A stretch of DNA of 64,000 bases from Octopus sinensis (lineage: Eukaryota), in the NCBI RefSeq assembly GCF_006345805.1, contig NC_043014.1, positions 19,716,001-19,780,000 of the forward strand, in the 5' to 3' direction. Within the stretch, counting starts at the first letter, position 1; each line of letters starts with the position of its first letter. This document shows positions 1 to 13,309 of the stretch, one piece after another. Position numbers and translations under genes: made by a program. The notes below the pieces were generated by a model that worked only from the letters and a program-made list of their open reading frames with translations, was not told the DNA's origin and did not search any database.

Positions 1-27
1 ATGTATATACGCGCTTGCGTATATATA

Positions 28-1235
28 CAGGGTGCGTAAGGTATTTGAGTATACACCATTTTTGGGGCCATTGCTGCATTTTTGTTCACTCTGTATAATC
101 TTTGTTTCAGAAAATAATAATGGCAGACACTCAGCTTACTCAAGAAATGAAGAGGTATGCTGTTATTGTGGTTATAAATGCTGAGTATAGCGAATTAGAA
201 ATATCTCGATTTTTAGAAGTTGTCATATCTTATGTTTGCAAGGTTTGTAAGGAGCTAGAGACTGAAGACGGAAGCGTATCGCCAGTATCAAAGCATAAAA
301 TGCATTCTAAATGCTTTGAAAGTATCAGAACACCTGAATTTATCCAACAGCTTCAACAGACCATTGATTACAATCCCAGAAAGTCTATGAGGTCAATTGC
401 AAAAGATCTCCATGTATCAGAAGCAACAGTCAGAAATGTTTTCCACGAAGACATCGGATATAAGTCTTATATGATGAGGAAATGTCACTCTGTCAGAAAG
501 AAAAAAACAATCATTACATCAGATCTAAAAGGCTCTTAAACAAACTGAAGATTTGATTTGTTTTTTCTCAAACCAGAAAAACTTTGACCAACATCAAAAA
601 GTTAATAGAAGAAATGACAGATGGTTATGAGCAGGCCCTTCTGAAGTTCCAAGTGTTATACATAAAAAAAATTCCAGCAATTTTCATGGTTTTAGGGGTT
701 GTCAGCAATGAAAGACATGTGATGCCTCCTTAGTTCTTTCCAGAAGGCCTTAGACTTAACTTTGCCTTCTATACTGAGGTCCTGGAAATAATTGTTAAGC
801 CTTGTAGAGACAGTGTATGCAATGGAAAGCCATATGTGTTTCAGTAAGACTCTTCACTCTTACACATTGCTACAGTAACACAGGAATGGATGGCTGAAAA
901 TTTTCATGATCACATAATCCCTAAAATTTGGCCTCTTACATTTCGACTATTAAATGTGGAGCGTTGTTGAGAGAGAGGTCAATGAACATGCCCAAAGATT
1001 CTTTGAAAGCTGCCATAGTTATGCCCAAAATGAACCGGGACCATTTGATTCGAGCATGTAGATATTTAGATCTCATATAGAAGCAGTTGTTGAAGCTGAA
1101 GGTGGCTTTATTGAATAACATTATAGAAAAGATTATTTTTATCCTCATAGAATTCTTTGATAAAGTCATTTTCTGTTATTATATATGTTTTTTTTTATAA
1201 ACGTAAATCTGTCCTCAAATATCTTACGCATCCTG
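28..1235 (+). mobile_element. Tc1/mariner-superfamily DNA transposon (maT/DD37D-like), full length but decayed
   Basis: 22-bp TIRs cagggtgcgtaaggtatttgag (28-49) and ctcaaatatcttacgcatcctg (1214-1235) with 2 mismatches, flanked by TA on both sides. ORF 102-539 has the HTH region (NPRKSMRSIAKDLHVSEATVRN). Broken downstream frames resemble FFSDEKNF, MVLGVVSNE, YVFQ-DS and WP motifs. Confidence 0.85.
102..1118 (+). pseudogene. Degenerate transposase of the element at 28-1235
   Basis: Transposase motifs are spread over several frames with stops and frameshifts. Confidence 0.75.
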
Positions 1236-1344
1236 TACATACATATGCAGATACATACATATATATATGTATATGTATATACATACACACACATACACAC
1301 ATACGCACACACTCACACACACACACATACATATATATAGGTTC

Positions 1345-1470
1345 TTTTATTCTTTTATTCTTTTACTTGTTTCAGTCATTTGAATGAAGACATGCTGGAG
1401 AACCGCCTTTAGTCGAACAAATCGATTCCAGGACTTTTTATTTGTAAGCCTAGTACTTATTCTATCCGTC
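1345..1470 (-). mobile_element. SINE family A, 3' fragment
   Basis: Matches the reverse complement of the 3' part of the full copy at 17240-17648 (ttttacttgtttcagtcattt...accgcctttagtcga). Confidence 0.8.
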
Positions 1471-1488
1471 TCTTATGCATATATATAT

Positions 1489-1489
<1 letters not shown>

Positions 1490-1587
<98 letters not shown>

Positions 1588-1640
1588 TAGATAGATAGAT
1601 ATAGATAGATAGATATATAGATAGATACATACATACATAC
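1490..1640. repeat. (GATA)n microsatellite grading into (TACA)n
   Basis: Direct tandem repeat. Similar arrays occur near 4520-4590, 34318-34410 and 39375-39460. Confidence 0.95.
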
Positions 1641-1841
1641 ATTTATATGTATATATATATATATATGTGCATATGTATATTTATAAACTTGCCTTCCTAC
1701 ATACACACACACGCACATATGCTTGTGTGTGTGCGCAAGCTTGTGTGTTTGTATGTATATATATTATATATATATATATATATACACACATATATTTATA
1801 TATGCATATATACAATACACACACACACACACGCACACACG

Positions 1842-1893
<52 letters not shown>

Positions 1894-3399
1894 TTGAGAC
1901 ATGGCTTCACTGTGTCGCCAACTGTCGGGTTCTAGTGTCTTGTGTTCCTGGAAAGTTATTGATTGCAACCAAAAGACTATCTATAAACGGGAAAGTTACT
2001 GGAGGCAATGCATTGAATTTTTTGTCAGTTACCAATGAATGCATAACGAATGCGTGAATAAACTATTCGTCGCTCACTGGGTAGTGTTCTATTTCATTAT
2101 GCCTGGAAAGACATGGGTGACGTACATATTTTTGTATATTTGTGTGTATGCACATGTGTTCACAGATAAATAGATACATAGATGATAGGCAAAAAGAGTG
2201 AAAGAAAGAGAGAAAGAAATATGGAAAGAAAGAAAAAATTGATAGATTAATAGAGACATACGCACATACGTGGATGTATATATATTCATTTGTAAGACAA
2301 GTTGTATTCAGTTTCATTTAGTCTTACTTATTCTGTTAGAAGTTTGTTACGCTCGCTGATTGCTGCTAACAATATTGGATGGATTGATATTATTCATTGG
2401 TTTTGGAATGGTGATCCGTTACAACAGTAAAATTTCAATCTGATGTTCGAGATTCACCACCAACGCACATGAATTCATTAGCTCCGAACAGTTGCCAATC
2501 ATCCTTGAGCAGAGTGCTTTTGGTGTATATCTGAATAATGACGTCCTGTCTTACGGTGAGTCTCGGAAATACTTACATAGTTAGAAATGGAACACCTTTG
2601 GCAAATGTCTGTGTAATAAGAACTGAGCTAAAGTTTTTAAAATATATTAAAAGTTTGGATTTGTTAAATTTTTAGTCCTACAAAATTTAAACCTGAAACG
2701 AAGATGGAATTTTTGTTTAGATCCAGTATTCTTGTAACCATGTTTTATTTTTCAGACAGAAGTATAGTGTAAGGTACAATTTGACGATTTAATGAAGATA
2801 TGGTTTCTAATTCTGGCCAGTCGACTGTCTACATACAGACTATATCGCTGATTTACATAGAAGCAGTTTTCCGAATATAAATCTTCGACCATATATGTCT
2901 ACTAAATAAGGGATGATCTAATGCTAAACAACTACTGTAAGAACTACAGCCAAAGAAGCAACACTACTATTTTCACTGTCCTGCATGTTTCAGCTTTCTC
3001 TTCAATCAATTTTTTTCTCATAGATCCCACACAAAAATCATGTGTTCATCATTTTCCTACAATTGTGGGTAATTTGTTCAGTCTTATGTTGCTTAATGAC
3101 AAGACAAACTCAGCACGATATCTCATTTAAAGATTCATCTTTTCGTTTCTACAATTGAATTCCTCTGGCAGTCCTTATAAATGATACGGTCTGTGATTTA
3201 TTTATCAATATTGTCGAACAGAAGTTGAAGCTTAACCATCGCTTGTATCGATGACTTTCGTCGCAATTAAGTTCTTCGGATAGAATATCACAATTTAATA
3301 TAAATTTAATGCAAATTTAATATAAGTAACACGATAAGAGAAAGATATGATATAAGCCAATACCAATAAGGGATAATTTACAATTCTAATATCGTAATT

Positions 3400-3491
<92 letters not shown>

Positions 3492-3639
3492 TTTATTTTT
3501 ATGTATGTATGAATGTTTGTATATATGTATGTATACATATAAAGCATACATACATATATACAATCATACATCACTATATGGACTTGTATACAGTATGTTT
3601 TTATACAACACTGGTCACAATGCGCTTTACTTATAGTTG

Positions 3640-3860
3640 TCGTATTCCAATGATACCAACCCATTGGTTAAAAGGGAAGCCTGAAATTCTCACTGAACGG
3701 AGCACGAATCTGTTGCAGAGTTACCCAGTTGCAGTTGTTTGGTTGGATGCAAACTTGAGATTTTGATCAAGAACCCAGCGCACAGCCGGTCTGGGAATCG
3801 AAACTAAGATCTTGTGATAGTGAGAGAGTGCAGCACCCTCACGACTAGGTCACGAGCCTT
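3640..3860 (-). mobile_element. Decayed tRNA-derived SINE (family C-type head)
   Basis: The minus strand has a tRNA-like head with B-box-like gtttcgattcccagaccgg followed by ttcttgatcaaaa, similar to 45590-45835. Confidence 0.55.
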
Positions 3861-3929
3861 TAAATACCACACACACGCGCGCGCACACACACACTCACAT
3901 ATATATACAATGAGTTTGCATTAATCAAA

Positions 3930-4045
3930 TTCACTCACAAGGTTTTTTCGACCCGTGGGTATAGAAGATAATTATTTTAGTGCCATACAGTGGGACTGAA
4001 CCCGAAGTCATGTGATTGGGAATCTCACACAGCCACACCTGCACG
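3930..4045 (-). mobile_element. SINE family A, 5' fragment
   Basis: cagtgggactgaacccg...cacacagccacacctgc matches the family A head. Confidence 0.7.
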
Positions 4046-4476
4046 CAAAAATATAAAAGTTTTTCCTGAACTTCTAACGTCGACCCAAATGCAACATCCT
4101 TAGTGATTAGATTAAGATAAATTTGTTTGAGTCGCATTTAATTAAACGACCACGAATGATAAGAAAGGAAGTCGGCCACGACAACATTTGAACCGAGGAA
4201 GTTAGTATCAAACAAGGAATATTTTTAATCTAAGACAAACTGATTAAATATTCACAAGCAAACACGTATCAGTATGGTTTATCCCTTTCGGAAGGGCACC
4301 ACATATTCCTTCTGTTTCTTTTTGTATTTATTCAGTTGTCAAATTACTGGAATGTGATCCAGAAATGCGCACTGACACACACTCACAAGTACACGAACAC
4401 ATACATGTGTGTGTGTGTTGTGTGTATGTATATGTATAAATAGATAGACAGACAAACAGACAGACAGGTAGATATA

Positions 4477-4521
<45 letters not shown>

Positions 4522-4524
4522 TAT

Positions 4525-4588
<64 letters not shown>

Positions 4589-4964
4589 GCAGACAGATAG
4601 CTATGGTTGTATATGTTCTCGTTCATTTTTACCGCATTTGAAGTCCTCTTATAAGACGTCAGAATGTTTTTAACAAAGATACAATTGTCTGTCGTAATTT
4701 AGATAGCAAAGTAATTTTGCACTAGAGAAATATCTACTAGTCATAAGTATTGCACGTAGTTGTGTGAGCGCTCAAGTGATAACATGAGAATGCTCGAGAT
4801 TTTTAGAACAAATCAAACAGCTAACACCTGAGGTTCTTAACCGGACAACAAATTTAACATTAAACTGAACGGTAATTCAGTTAAAAGTCTGTCTGTATGT
4901 ATATATATATATATATATACACACATATATGCATGCATACATACATAAAGACAAAATATATTAC

Positions 4965-5011
<47 letters not shown>

Positions 5012-5786
5012 CATACATACATACATACATACATACACATAAATACATACATACATTCACATACAGACATACATAAGACAAAATATTATATTACGTATGC
5101 ATATATATATATATATATATATATGAATTACGATATTAAAAGTTTGATATATATAAGATACTGCAAAATAAATTTATATTGACAATATTATCGATATTGG
5201 ATTTTCAATTTTAAGTAGGTGTGAATTTTTCACACGATTTCTTCATTTAACTTTTCGTATTAACTTTTCATATCATTATTCTACTTTTTGTGTGTGTGTT
5301 GGGAGAGAGGAATGGAATTATATAGAAGTACTTTTTTCAAAAAAAAAAAAAAAATATTATCTAATAAATATTTAGAGTGAGATTGATCTAGAAAATATTG
5401 ATTGTATAAATATTACCATATGGTGAAAACTTTGGAGAAAGACATAGATATATAATCGATTCAATGTAATGACTCCAACACTTGTTTATATTTTAATAAA
5501 CTCATGAGGAATAGAAATGCTTAGCTGTATCGCAAAACTCTGCGTTGGTTCTAACTGAACTATGTAGACACACAATTACTACTACACCACGGCTGGCATT
5601 TGAACATCCAAAGTAAGAAGAATCACTCTGCAGGAAATTGTAACTTCCTATCCCTGAAATCAAATCCAACCGTTTTGGAAAAAGCGTAAGTACAAGCACC
5701 CAAGGCTAGAAAGCAATCTAACTACTAATATTGGCAGAATGTTACACGGGTGCACGCACATACACACACACACACACACACACATG

Positions 5787-7061
5787 CAAGGGTAGGCTGC
5801 GAGATTCATAGTGTGACTATGAGGGAGTGACGCTAGAGCTGTGAAATCTTGCATACATCTCGAATTGTTTTTATGAATGCATTCTCTCCTGATGACCCCA
5901 TACACTTGCTGGCTTCCGATAAGCGGAGTTCTCAACTGGTCACACTTGCTCGTGCAAGTTGTTTGCAAGACATCAGTTCTGATAAACTGACATCTGATTG
6001 TTCAAAGAAGTAATTACTGCAGAAGTAATTAGTAGCAACCTTTCATGAAAATGGACAAAATTTGACATCATGGTACTATTCAGAACCAGCAGAAAAAGAG
6101 CTTAGCCCCCAACAACATTCATACTGACATGCTTGCTGCATTATTGGATGATGCTCCATCATTATCAACAGTGCAAAAGAAATTAGAAAGGAAAGGTTAG
6201 AGTCTGGAAGGTAAACCTAGATCTGGAAGTCCTGCAACTGCCATCACCGAGGAAAACATTGATTGTGTTCACCGCAAGCTGATAGATGACAGGTGTTTGA
6301 CTATGAATCAAATAGCCAATGCTATTAGCATATTCTGAGAGATTTGTGAACTTAGCATGACGAACGTTATTGCTCGGTGGATGCTACGACTACTGATACC
6401 CAATTAAAAGTGCACCTGGCTGATCATAACATTTTAAAACATTTGAGGCAAATCCAGTTGGTTTCCTTGAATATTCACTAACCTAGGATAAGTGTTGGGT
6501 TCATCATACTGGGCTGAAGACAAAGAGACAATCCATACAGGGGAAACACCCCCTCCTCGCCTGCTCTAAAGAGGGCCAAGGTCGTTTCATCCACAGGGAA
6601 GATATTGGTCAGTTTCTAATGATGCTAAATTGCTGAAGCAGTTACAACAGACTCTCGTGACCAAACGCCCAAGGAAACTGATGAAATGGTTATCGTTTCA
6701 TCAAAACAATTCTCTAATACAAGATTTCTTGGTTTCAATGGTAGCTGCGCGTGACTACATTTGATCTGGTTGATTACCGTCCATATCCTCCTAATATGGC
6801 CTTGACTGAGTATCGTCTGTTCTCCAACATAAAAAAATACTTGGGTGGAAACCAATACCGCAGTGATGATGACGTCATATCTGCTTTTGATGATGTTCTT
6901 TTTTGGCCACAGGCCGAAAATCTATTTGCCAATAGGATCCAAACACTGCAACACCGATGGAAGAAGTATGTGAAAGGGCCTATGTTGAAAAGTAAGCATT
7001 ATTTGGTCACAATCTGTGAGAGTGATTTTGTCATTTATGAACTTTTCAGCCCATCCTCACG
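5787..7061 (+). mobile_element. mariner (DD34D) relic
   Basis: Transposase remnants: MDK start at 6051, PRSGSPATA.TEENI, WVHH, and YRPYPPNMALTEYRLFSNIKKYLGG (a variant of HPPYSPDLAPSDY.LF). Degenerate TIRs near 5787-5817 and 7030-7061. Confidence 0.8.
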
Positions 7062-7074
7062 CATGGATATATGG

Positions 7075-7105
<31 letters not shown>

Positions 7106-7132
7106 ATAATATATATATATATATTATATATA

Positions 7133-7189
<57 letters not shown>

Positions 7190-7256
7190 TATAGATAATA
7201 AAACAAATGGTTTATAGCTGGTAGCATTATCACTTTCAAAGTGTTCCTTATGTATC

Positions 7257-8701
7257 TGGTTAATGAGAAACGGAAGATGGAAGATACGAGAATTTTTATT
7301 AATGGCAATTGTTTCGACACATCTAGCATCGATAACTCACGGGTTGAATACTTAATAACTGATTCAGAAGCACCCGACGTTGCAGATGTATCGCATCGGG
7401 TAATAAATAGATATAACTCATTAAAATAAGAGTTCTGTAATATATCTTCTCAATTCGTATAAAAAGAACCAGCAAATTAAAGGATTTAGCTTCATTTATA
7501 TAGAAGATCGATAATAAAATGACAGATGCAAAAAAGAAACGAACATACAATACAGCGAAACAAGTATTAAACATAACCGCTGACGGATATGAAAGTATAA
7601 ACGCCCCCACGAAGGTTGTATGGAGCATGTAATAGTAGTAGGCATCCGTCTTTCTCGAGAGACCGTAGATCTGAGCCCGAAGAAATCGTGTCAGCTGCTG
7701 ATGGCGGAGCAGCGTCTGTTGTAACTGTATAGGCCTACACGTTAGTGGCAGCCACGCAAAAAGTGATTGCATTGGAAGGAGGTCTCTGCCGGCGCTACAG
7801 GGTTTTCCTTCCGATTTTTCTTTGGTGGCGAATTCCTATTTTTCTTCCGCTCACCTCATCCCATTTCGCGGTATTTGTCTCCAGTGTGGGCGATCATTTA
7901 CGATCCCCCCCCCACATCTAAGGACTTTCAGATCAAATGACTTCATATCACTCTTACAGACGTCTTTGAAGTGAAGATGAGGTCATGCTCGTGCTCTTGT
8001 GCCGATGGCCATTTGGGATCCTGCACACGCTCATACAAGCATCCACGAAGATGTAAACGTAGGCACACGTGTGGTTTAGTGCACATGGGTTCACATGGCG
8101 AATTAGAGAACTACTTGGTATTTATAAGAATGGGGAGCTTAGAGCTAAATTTAATTCATCCATAAGTTAAGGTGAATTATGTTAACAGTTACTCAAACTC
8201 GTCCCCATTGAATTGTGCAAAAGTGCATTTATATGCATTTCAGCATCTGGTCCACAGAATAGCTAGAGATTCCTCGGAACAAGGTCGGCATCTCCTGGAA
8301 TTGGTATTATATATTGCATGCCTGACTTATGGACCAAGTTATGTTATACTTAATTCTATCTTCCATAAATCGCCATACACTTATTGATGACTGTCACTTA
8401 TTGATTTTCTTGAAGTTGAGAACATCGTTGCGATAACGATTCTTTTTTGCATCTGTCATTTTATTATTGATCTTCTATATAAATAAAAACTATACCCTTT
8501 AATCTGTTGCTTTTCTTTACTCGAACTGAGAAGATACATTGCGGAATTGTTATTTTAAAGACTTTAAAGAGATACATCTGCACCGTCGGATGCTCCTGAA
8601 GAAGTTGCTAAGTGTTCAACACGTGAGGGATCAATGCTAAGTGGGTCGAAACAATTGTAGTATTTAACAAAATTTTCGTATTTTCCATCCCTCATTAACC
8701 A
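7257..8701. mobile_element. Fold-back element with ~270-285-bp diverged inverted arms (probable PLE pseudo-LTR pair)
   Basis: 7257-7541 is the reverse complement of 8437-8701 (for example ataataaaatgacagatgcaaaaaagaa / ttcttttttgcatctgtcattttattat). The right arm holds CTGAAGA...GAAACAATTGTA. A third partial arm lies at 55651-55770. Confidence 0.75.
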
Positions 8702-8779
8702 TATATGTATATATCGGGCACCCAAACTATGACTAAAACCGCATGAAAGAGACGAACTTCAGAAGGAAAAAAAATCGTG

Positions 8780-9385
8780 TCTGAGGCCAAACATACTCAG
8801 CTTGCAGGTGGCTCTGTCATGACGCATGCCTGCACATCATCATACAGGGCTTACCCATCCAGCCTTCCTGAGATCACTGGTAAGTAGAACTCATCCTTTT
8901 CACATAAAGCGAAAGAACAGACTTTAAGGACAGTGGCTGAGTCAAAGTATAACCGTCAGGCGGCAAATTTTGTCGGAGACGATGCAGACATTTGCCAACA
9001 CTGGTCAGCCTTTCAGAAATGCAAATACAACGACTTCCCAGAATTATCTGCCATCTCCTCGTATTCCTTGAAAATAGTATCGACATAGCTCTTTCATAGC
9101 CTGAACCCTCGTAGGGGTTTTACGTTCTGCAGAAAAGCTCCCGAGCCATTAAGGATAGAAATGAAGCTTAAGGACAATCCTGATAGACCGAATGAGCGAG
9201 ATAAAATAAGTTTTCAGAGATGGCCGTGCCCTGTTGCCAACTAACAAGTCACATAGGGAATTTATGCAATCGATTCTGTGAAAATGAGTGCAAAGCTATC
9301 ACGTACTACCAAACAGCAATGATCCCTATCGAAAGCTTTGGACTGATTAATGTTGATCAAGACCCTACCAAAACAAGGTGGGTTC
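8780..9385 (-). pseudogene. L1/Tx1-clade LINE reverse-transcriptase fragment
   Basis: The minus strand at 9321-9369 reads GRVLININQSKAFDRD, matching the RT motif LxxLDQSKAFDRV. The rest is heavily degraded. Confidence 0.65.
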
Positions 9386-9411
9386 CCAACAGGCATGTAA
9401 TCAAGAAGAAC

Positions 9412-9728
9412 ACGACTTAGATGTTAGGTTGTTCGACACGCGATCGTAAGGTCCTGATTTCGATTTCTAGGGGCACGGTGTTTCTTTGAGCAAGGTACTG
9501 TATTTCCCGTTGTTTCACTCCACTCATCTAGCAAAAATGAATATTACCTGTAATTCAAAGGACCAGACTTTTCACATTTTGTGTAACCTTGAATCTCCAT
9601 GATAACTACGCTAAGAGAACGCGTGTCTGTGGAGTGCTCAATCTTCGTTTCTAAGTTGACTTCACGAGCAGGCTGCACTGCTGATCGGATAAACAGGAAC
9701 CTTCACCGTGGTAACTGACGGAGTCTCA
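9412..9728 (+). mobile_element. SINE family C head with tail type B
   Basis: gatcgtaagg...ttcgatt head, ctttgagcaaggtact core, and tail gtgtctgtggagtgctca...cacgagcaggctg...gtaactgacggag shared with 56632-56922 and 59513-59815. Confidence 0.7.
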
Positions 9729-9957
9729 GTTATCCACTTGAGTATAGGTTGTCGTGGATGGAACAATGAGGCATCGCACACGATTGTGATTTCCCTAATA
9801 AACAACCGACGATAAACACTCTTCTCTTTGCTGACACGCTGAACACAATTTTGAACTCTGCATTAAGTAGGGTTATGAACCAGAATAAAGATGATGATAA
9901 TGAACATGGCAATCACCATAATCAAGCGTATGATGATGACAATGAGATCTCTATTGA

Positions 9958-9979
9958 ATTATTATTACAATTATTATTA

Positions 9980-10048
<69 letters not shown>

Positions 10049-10186
10049 CATCATTATTATTTTAATTAACAACAATACCATTAACAAGAATTCTCCTACA
10101 AGTTTAGCAGTGGTGGTGCTGATGGTGGGTGTGATGGCAGTGGTGATGGTGGTGGTGAGTGTGATGGTGGTTATGGTGGGGTGTTG

Positions 10187-10232
<46 letters not shown>
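9958..10232. repeat. (ATT)n, (GGT)n-like and (TAG)n trinucleotide arrays
   Basis: Direct tandem repeats. Confidence 0.95.
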
Positions 10233-10233
<1 letters not shown>

Positions 10234-10832
10234 TCAGGTATGAAAATTTAATGCAAAGATCGATAAATTGCTTTAGTAATACTGTAGGTTAGTACAAATC
10301 ATTACACAACAAGTGCAGAATTGCATGCTACTGTCTTTGTGTTAGACTAATCTGGAACATGCAGCAGCAGCAGCAGCAACAACAACGACAGCAGCTACAC
10401 GAACAACCATCAGCATCATTAGCAGCAGCTGTCCTTTGTATTTAATAGCATTGCATCCAACTGCTATGCAGTAAACTATACAAGAGATACGCTCTATCTG
10501 TGCATGGCATCACTTTTTCTCTGTTTTTGTGTTTGTGAGAGTGTGTGTGTGTGTGTGTGTGTTGTGTGTGTGTGTGTGTGTGTATGCGTACCTGAGTGAC
10601 GGTGCGCGCGTGTGCATTTATCTATTTGTCCATATGCCTCACTTATTCTCTCTTTGCCACTGTCTCTCTATAAATATATATATGGACACACACATGTTTT
10701 TATATGTATACTTATATATGTATATGGATGTATGTGTATATATATATATATATGTTTCTTTATGTATGTACATATGTATGTACATATGTATATGTATGTA
10801 TGTATATATATATATATATATTATATATATAT

Positions 10833-10874
<42 letters not shown>

Positions 10875-11399
10875 TATATATATATATACTTATATGTATG
10901 TGTGTGTATATACACCTCTATATGTAACACTGTTATATACCTATATATGAGTGTGTGCATGTGTGTATATGTATGTATGTATGTATGTATGTTTCTATTT
11001 AAGTAAATAGCAACATGTGTGCTAGTATTTACATGCCGAAATATATGCGTTGATATATATGTATAATACATATCTACCAATGTATGCATACATTTTTGCA
11101 TATAGGTATGTGTGTATGTATATGACTCTGCTTTTGTCTGTGTATATGTCTACATATGCGTATGCAAGCGCTTGTGTGTGCGTATAAGTGTTTGCGTAGG
11201 TGTGTTATATTTAACGATCAGGATGTATAAGAGAGGCAGCAAGTGTGCGCGCGAAAATGAGATGTCATTCTTTATACGCATGTGATATATATATTCAGCG
11301 ACTTTGATATTCGCGTACGTAATATTTTGTGTGATTATATTGATGATATTTGGAGTGTTTTGGAAATTCCTTGATACAGTTATAATATTTGGAGAGACG

Positions 11400-11708
11400 G
11401 TTTTTTCCTCAAAGAGTTAAGATTGAGAAAAGAACCTTTTTTCAAAGTCGAAAGGGACTAACCTTTGGGGAGATATTTCACAAAATATGTTTGGCTTTTG
11501 CTTTTATAGATGTGCAAGCGCTTTCAGTTCTCAACGTTTTCAATTAACAACACGTGCTTGAAAAGGCGAAGGATTGAAAGCGCTTCCACGTCTATAAAAG
11601 CAAAAACCGCACACATTTTTGTGAAATTTCTTCCCAAAGGTTAGTCCCTTTCGACTTTCCAAAGAGGTTCTCTTCTCAAAGAGGTTCTCTTAACTCTTTG
11701 AGAAAAAA
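11400..11708. repeat. Imperfect ~140-bp-arm palindrome (fold-back)
   Basis: aaagtcgaaagggactaacctttggg / cccaaaggttagtccctttcgacttt and ttttgcttttatagatgtg / cacgtctataaaagcaaaa. Spacer is about 11545-11557. Confidence 0.9.
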
Positions 11709-11725
11709 TCTACCGCTCTCTCTCT

Positions 11726-11784
<59 letters not shown>

Positions 11785-11889
11785 ATATATATATAGTGTA
11801 GGGCGCTGAATACACAAAAAACAGCACCGGGTCGGGGTTCGTTTTAGCAAGTGATTGATTAGTTTAACGATTAAAAAGGAGGAAAAGTG

Positions 11890-11925
11890 TTTTGACGTTT
11901 CGGACTCAAGTTTTGCATCAGAAAA
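11890..11925 (-). ncRNA. Degenerate minimal type-I hammerhead-like motif (PLE pLTR remnant)
   Basis: Minus strand: tttt-CTGATGC-aaaacttgagtcc-GAAAC-GTC-aaaa. One core mismatch and a decayed stem II. Confidence 0.4.
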
Positions 11926-12894
11926 TAAACGAAGAAAAAAAGATGTAATTTTTTTTTAAAAAGTGGTTCTAAAATACGGGCCAATTTAGAAGGGATGAGG
12001 AAGTGGAGTAGCGTGTGCCTGTATCGGGGTGGGTCTCCGTGTGTAGCTATGGGTACAGGGGTGTTGTGTGTGCAAGTGGTGGATGTATGGTACGCATGCT
12101 GTTTCTTGAGGTGAATGTGTGTGGAAGTGTGCAGTTATGGGGGTGTAGAGGTCGTGTAATCGTACGAAACATTTAGGGTGTCGAGGGATGATGTGTAAGA
12201 ATAATTGTATTATGTGTGAGAAGATTGCATGGAGAAAATAAGGATGGGAACATGAGGCGATGTGCTGAAAGGGAAGGGAAGAATTACTTTCTTTAACGAA
12301 ATATGGATAAAAAACTGTACATATTGAAAATCTAACACTGGTTGAAATCTTTCTGAGTTGTATACTCGTGTGTGTACGCATTTTGTTTGTATGAGGCGTG
12401 TAAGGGAGACACAGAAGAGAAGACAAAGAAGTGAGGGGAGAAGCGGAAGCTGAATTTTTCAGGCAGACTGTCTGATAGTGCATTAACTCGAAATATATAA
12501 ATATTAAGCTGTACTAAACAGACGCATATATTAATAAATCAGAAGTATTATTATTCATGCTGTTGTTCTAGTTCTTGCTGTTATTGATGTTCTTGATCCT
12601 CTTGCTATTGTTGCCTTCTTGATATTGTTATATATTGTTAGTGGAGTTGATGTTCGTGTTTTCGTTATTGCTGGTGTTATTCTGGTTTTGTTCACGGGTT
12701 TTGTAAGAACAATAGCGAGAATTCATTCATATACACAGCATATCAAATATTGATGTAAGTTTTTTTTATATGTTTTTGTCCTACTGTTTTTACTGTTGTT
12801 TAGTTCCGGTTCTGCTCTGATCGTCGATTGCTACGATCAGAGACTTTCCATTCCTGACTACTCTTGTTTATTATTATTTGCTAGGAGAGAAAAC

Positions 12895-13290
12895 CGCATA
12901 GGAGAGAAACAAGCATAGAAGTGCCAACAGAAAGGACGATGCGAGATGCGGAAAGTGTGATGTAACTGCACTGCACGCACCCATGCAGTGTCCGATTATT
13001 GCTGATTTGTGGAGTTATGTCGAACAGCTGTTATGGCGTATAGGTTGAATCCGAATATCGTCTGAGTTGATTGTCCGGAGAGGCCCACCACCGACTCAAC
13101 AAGGCAGGGCATGCAGAGTTCTTCTATCTATTGGCTGTGGCAAAAGAAAATGTATAGAGGACGAGGATGAAAGGATTGAGGAAAGACAACGCGTCACTAA
13201 AATTCGGAGTCGTGTAATTCAAGTGAAACGTGTAGTGTAAAAAATATGAAGGTAAAATAATATAAAGTTGCGTAAGCGTGACAAAACGTA
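12895..13290 (+). pseudogene. L1/Tx1-clade LINE ORF2 C-terminal (CCHC zinc knuckle) fragment
   Basis: Reads RCGK...TALHAPMQCPIIADLWSYVEQLL and LAVAKENV*RTRMKG. Confidence 0.65.
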
Positions 13291-13309
13291 GCATCATATG
13301 CTGGTGAGA

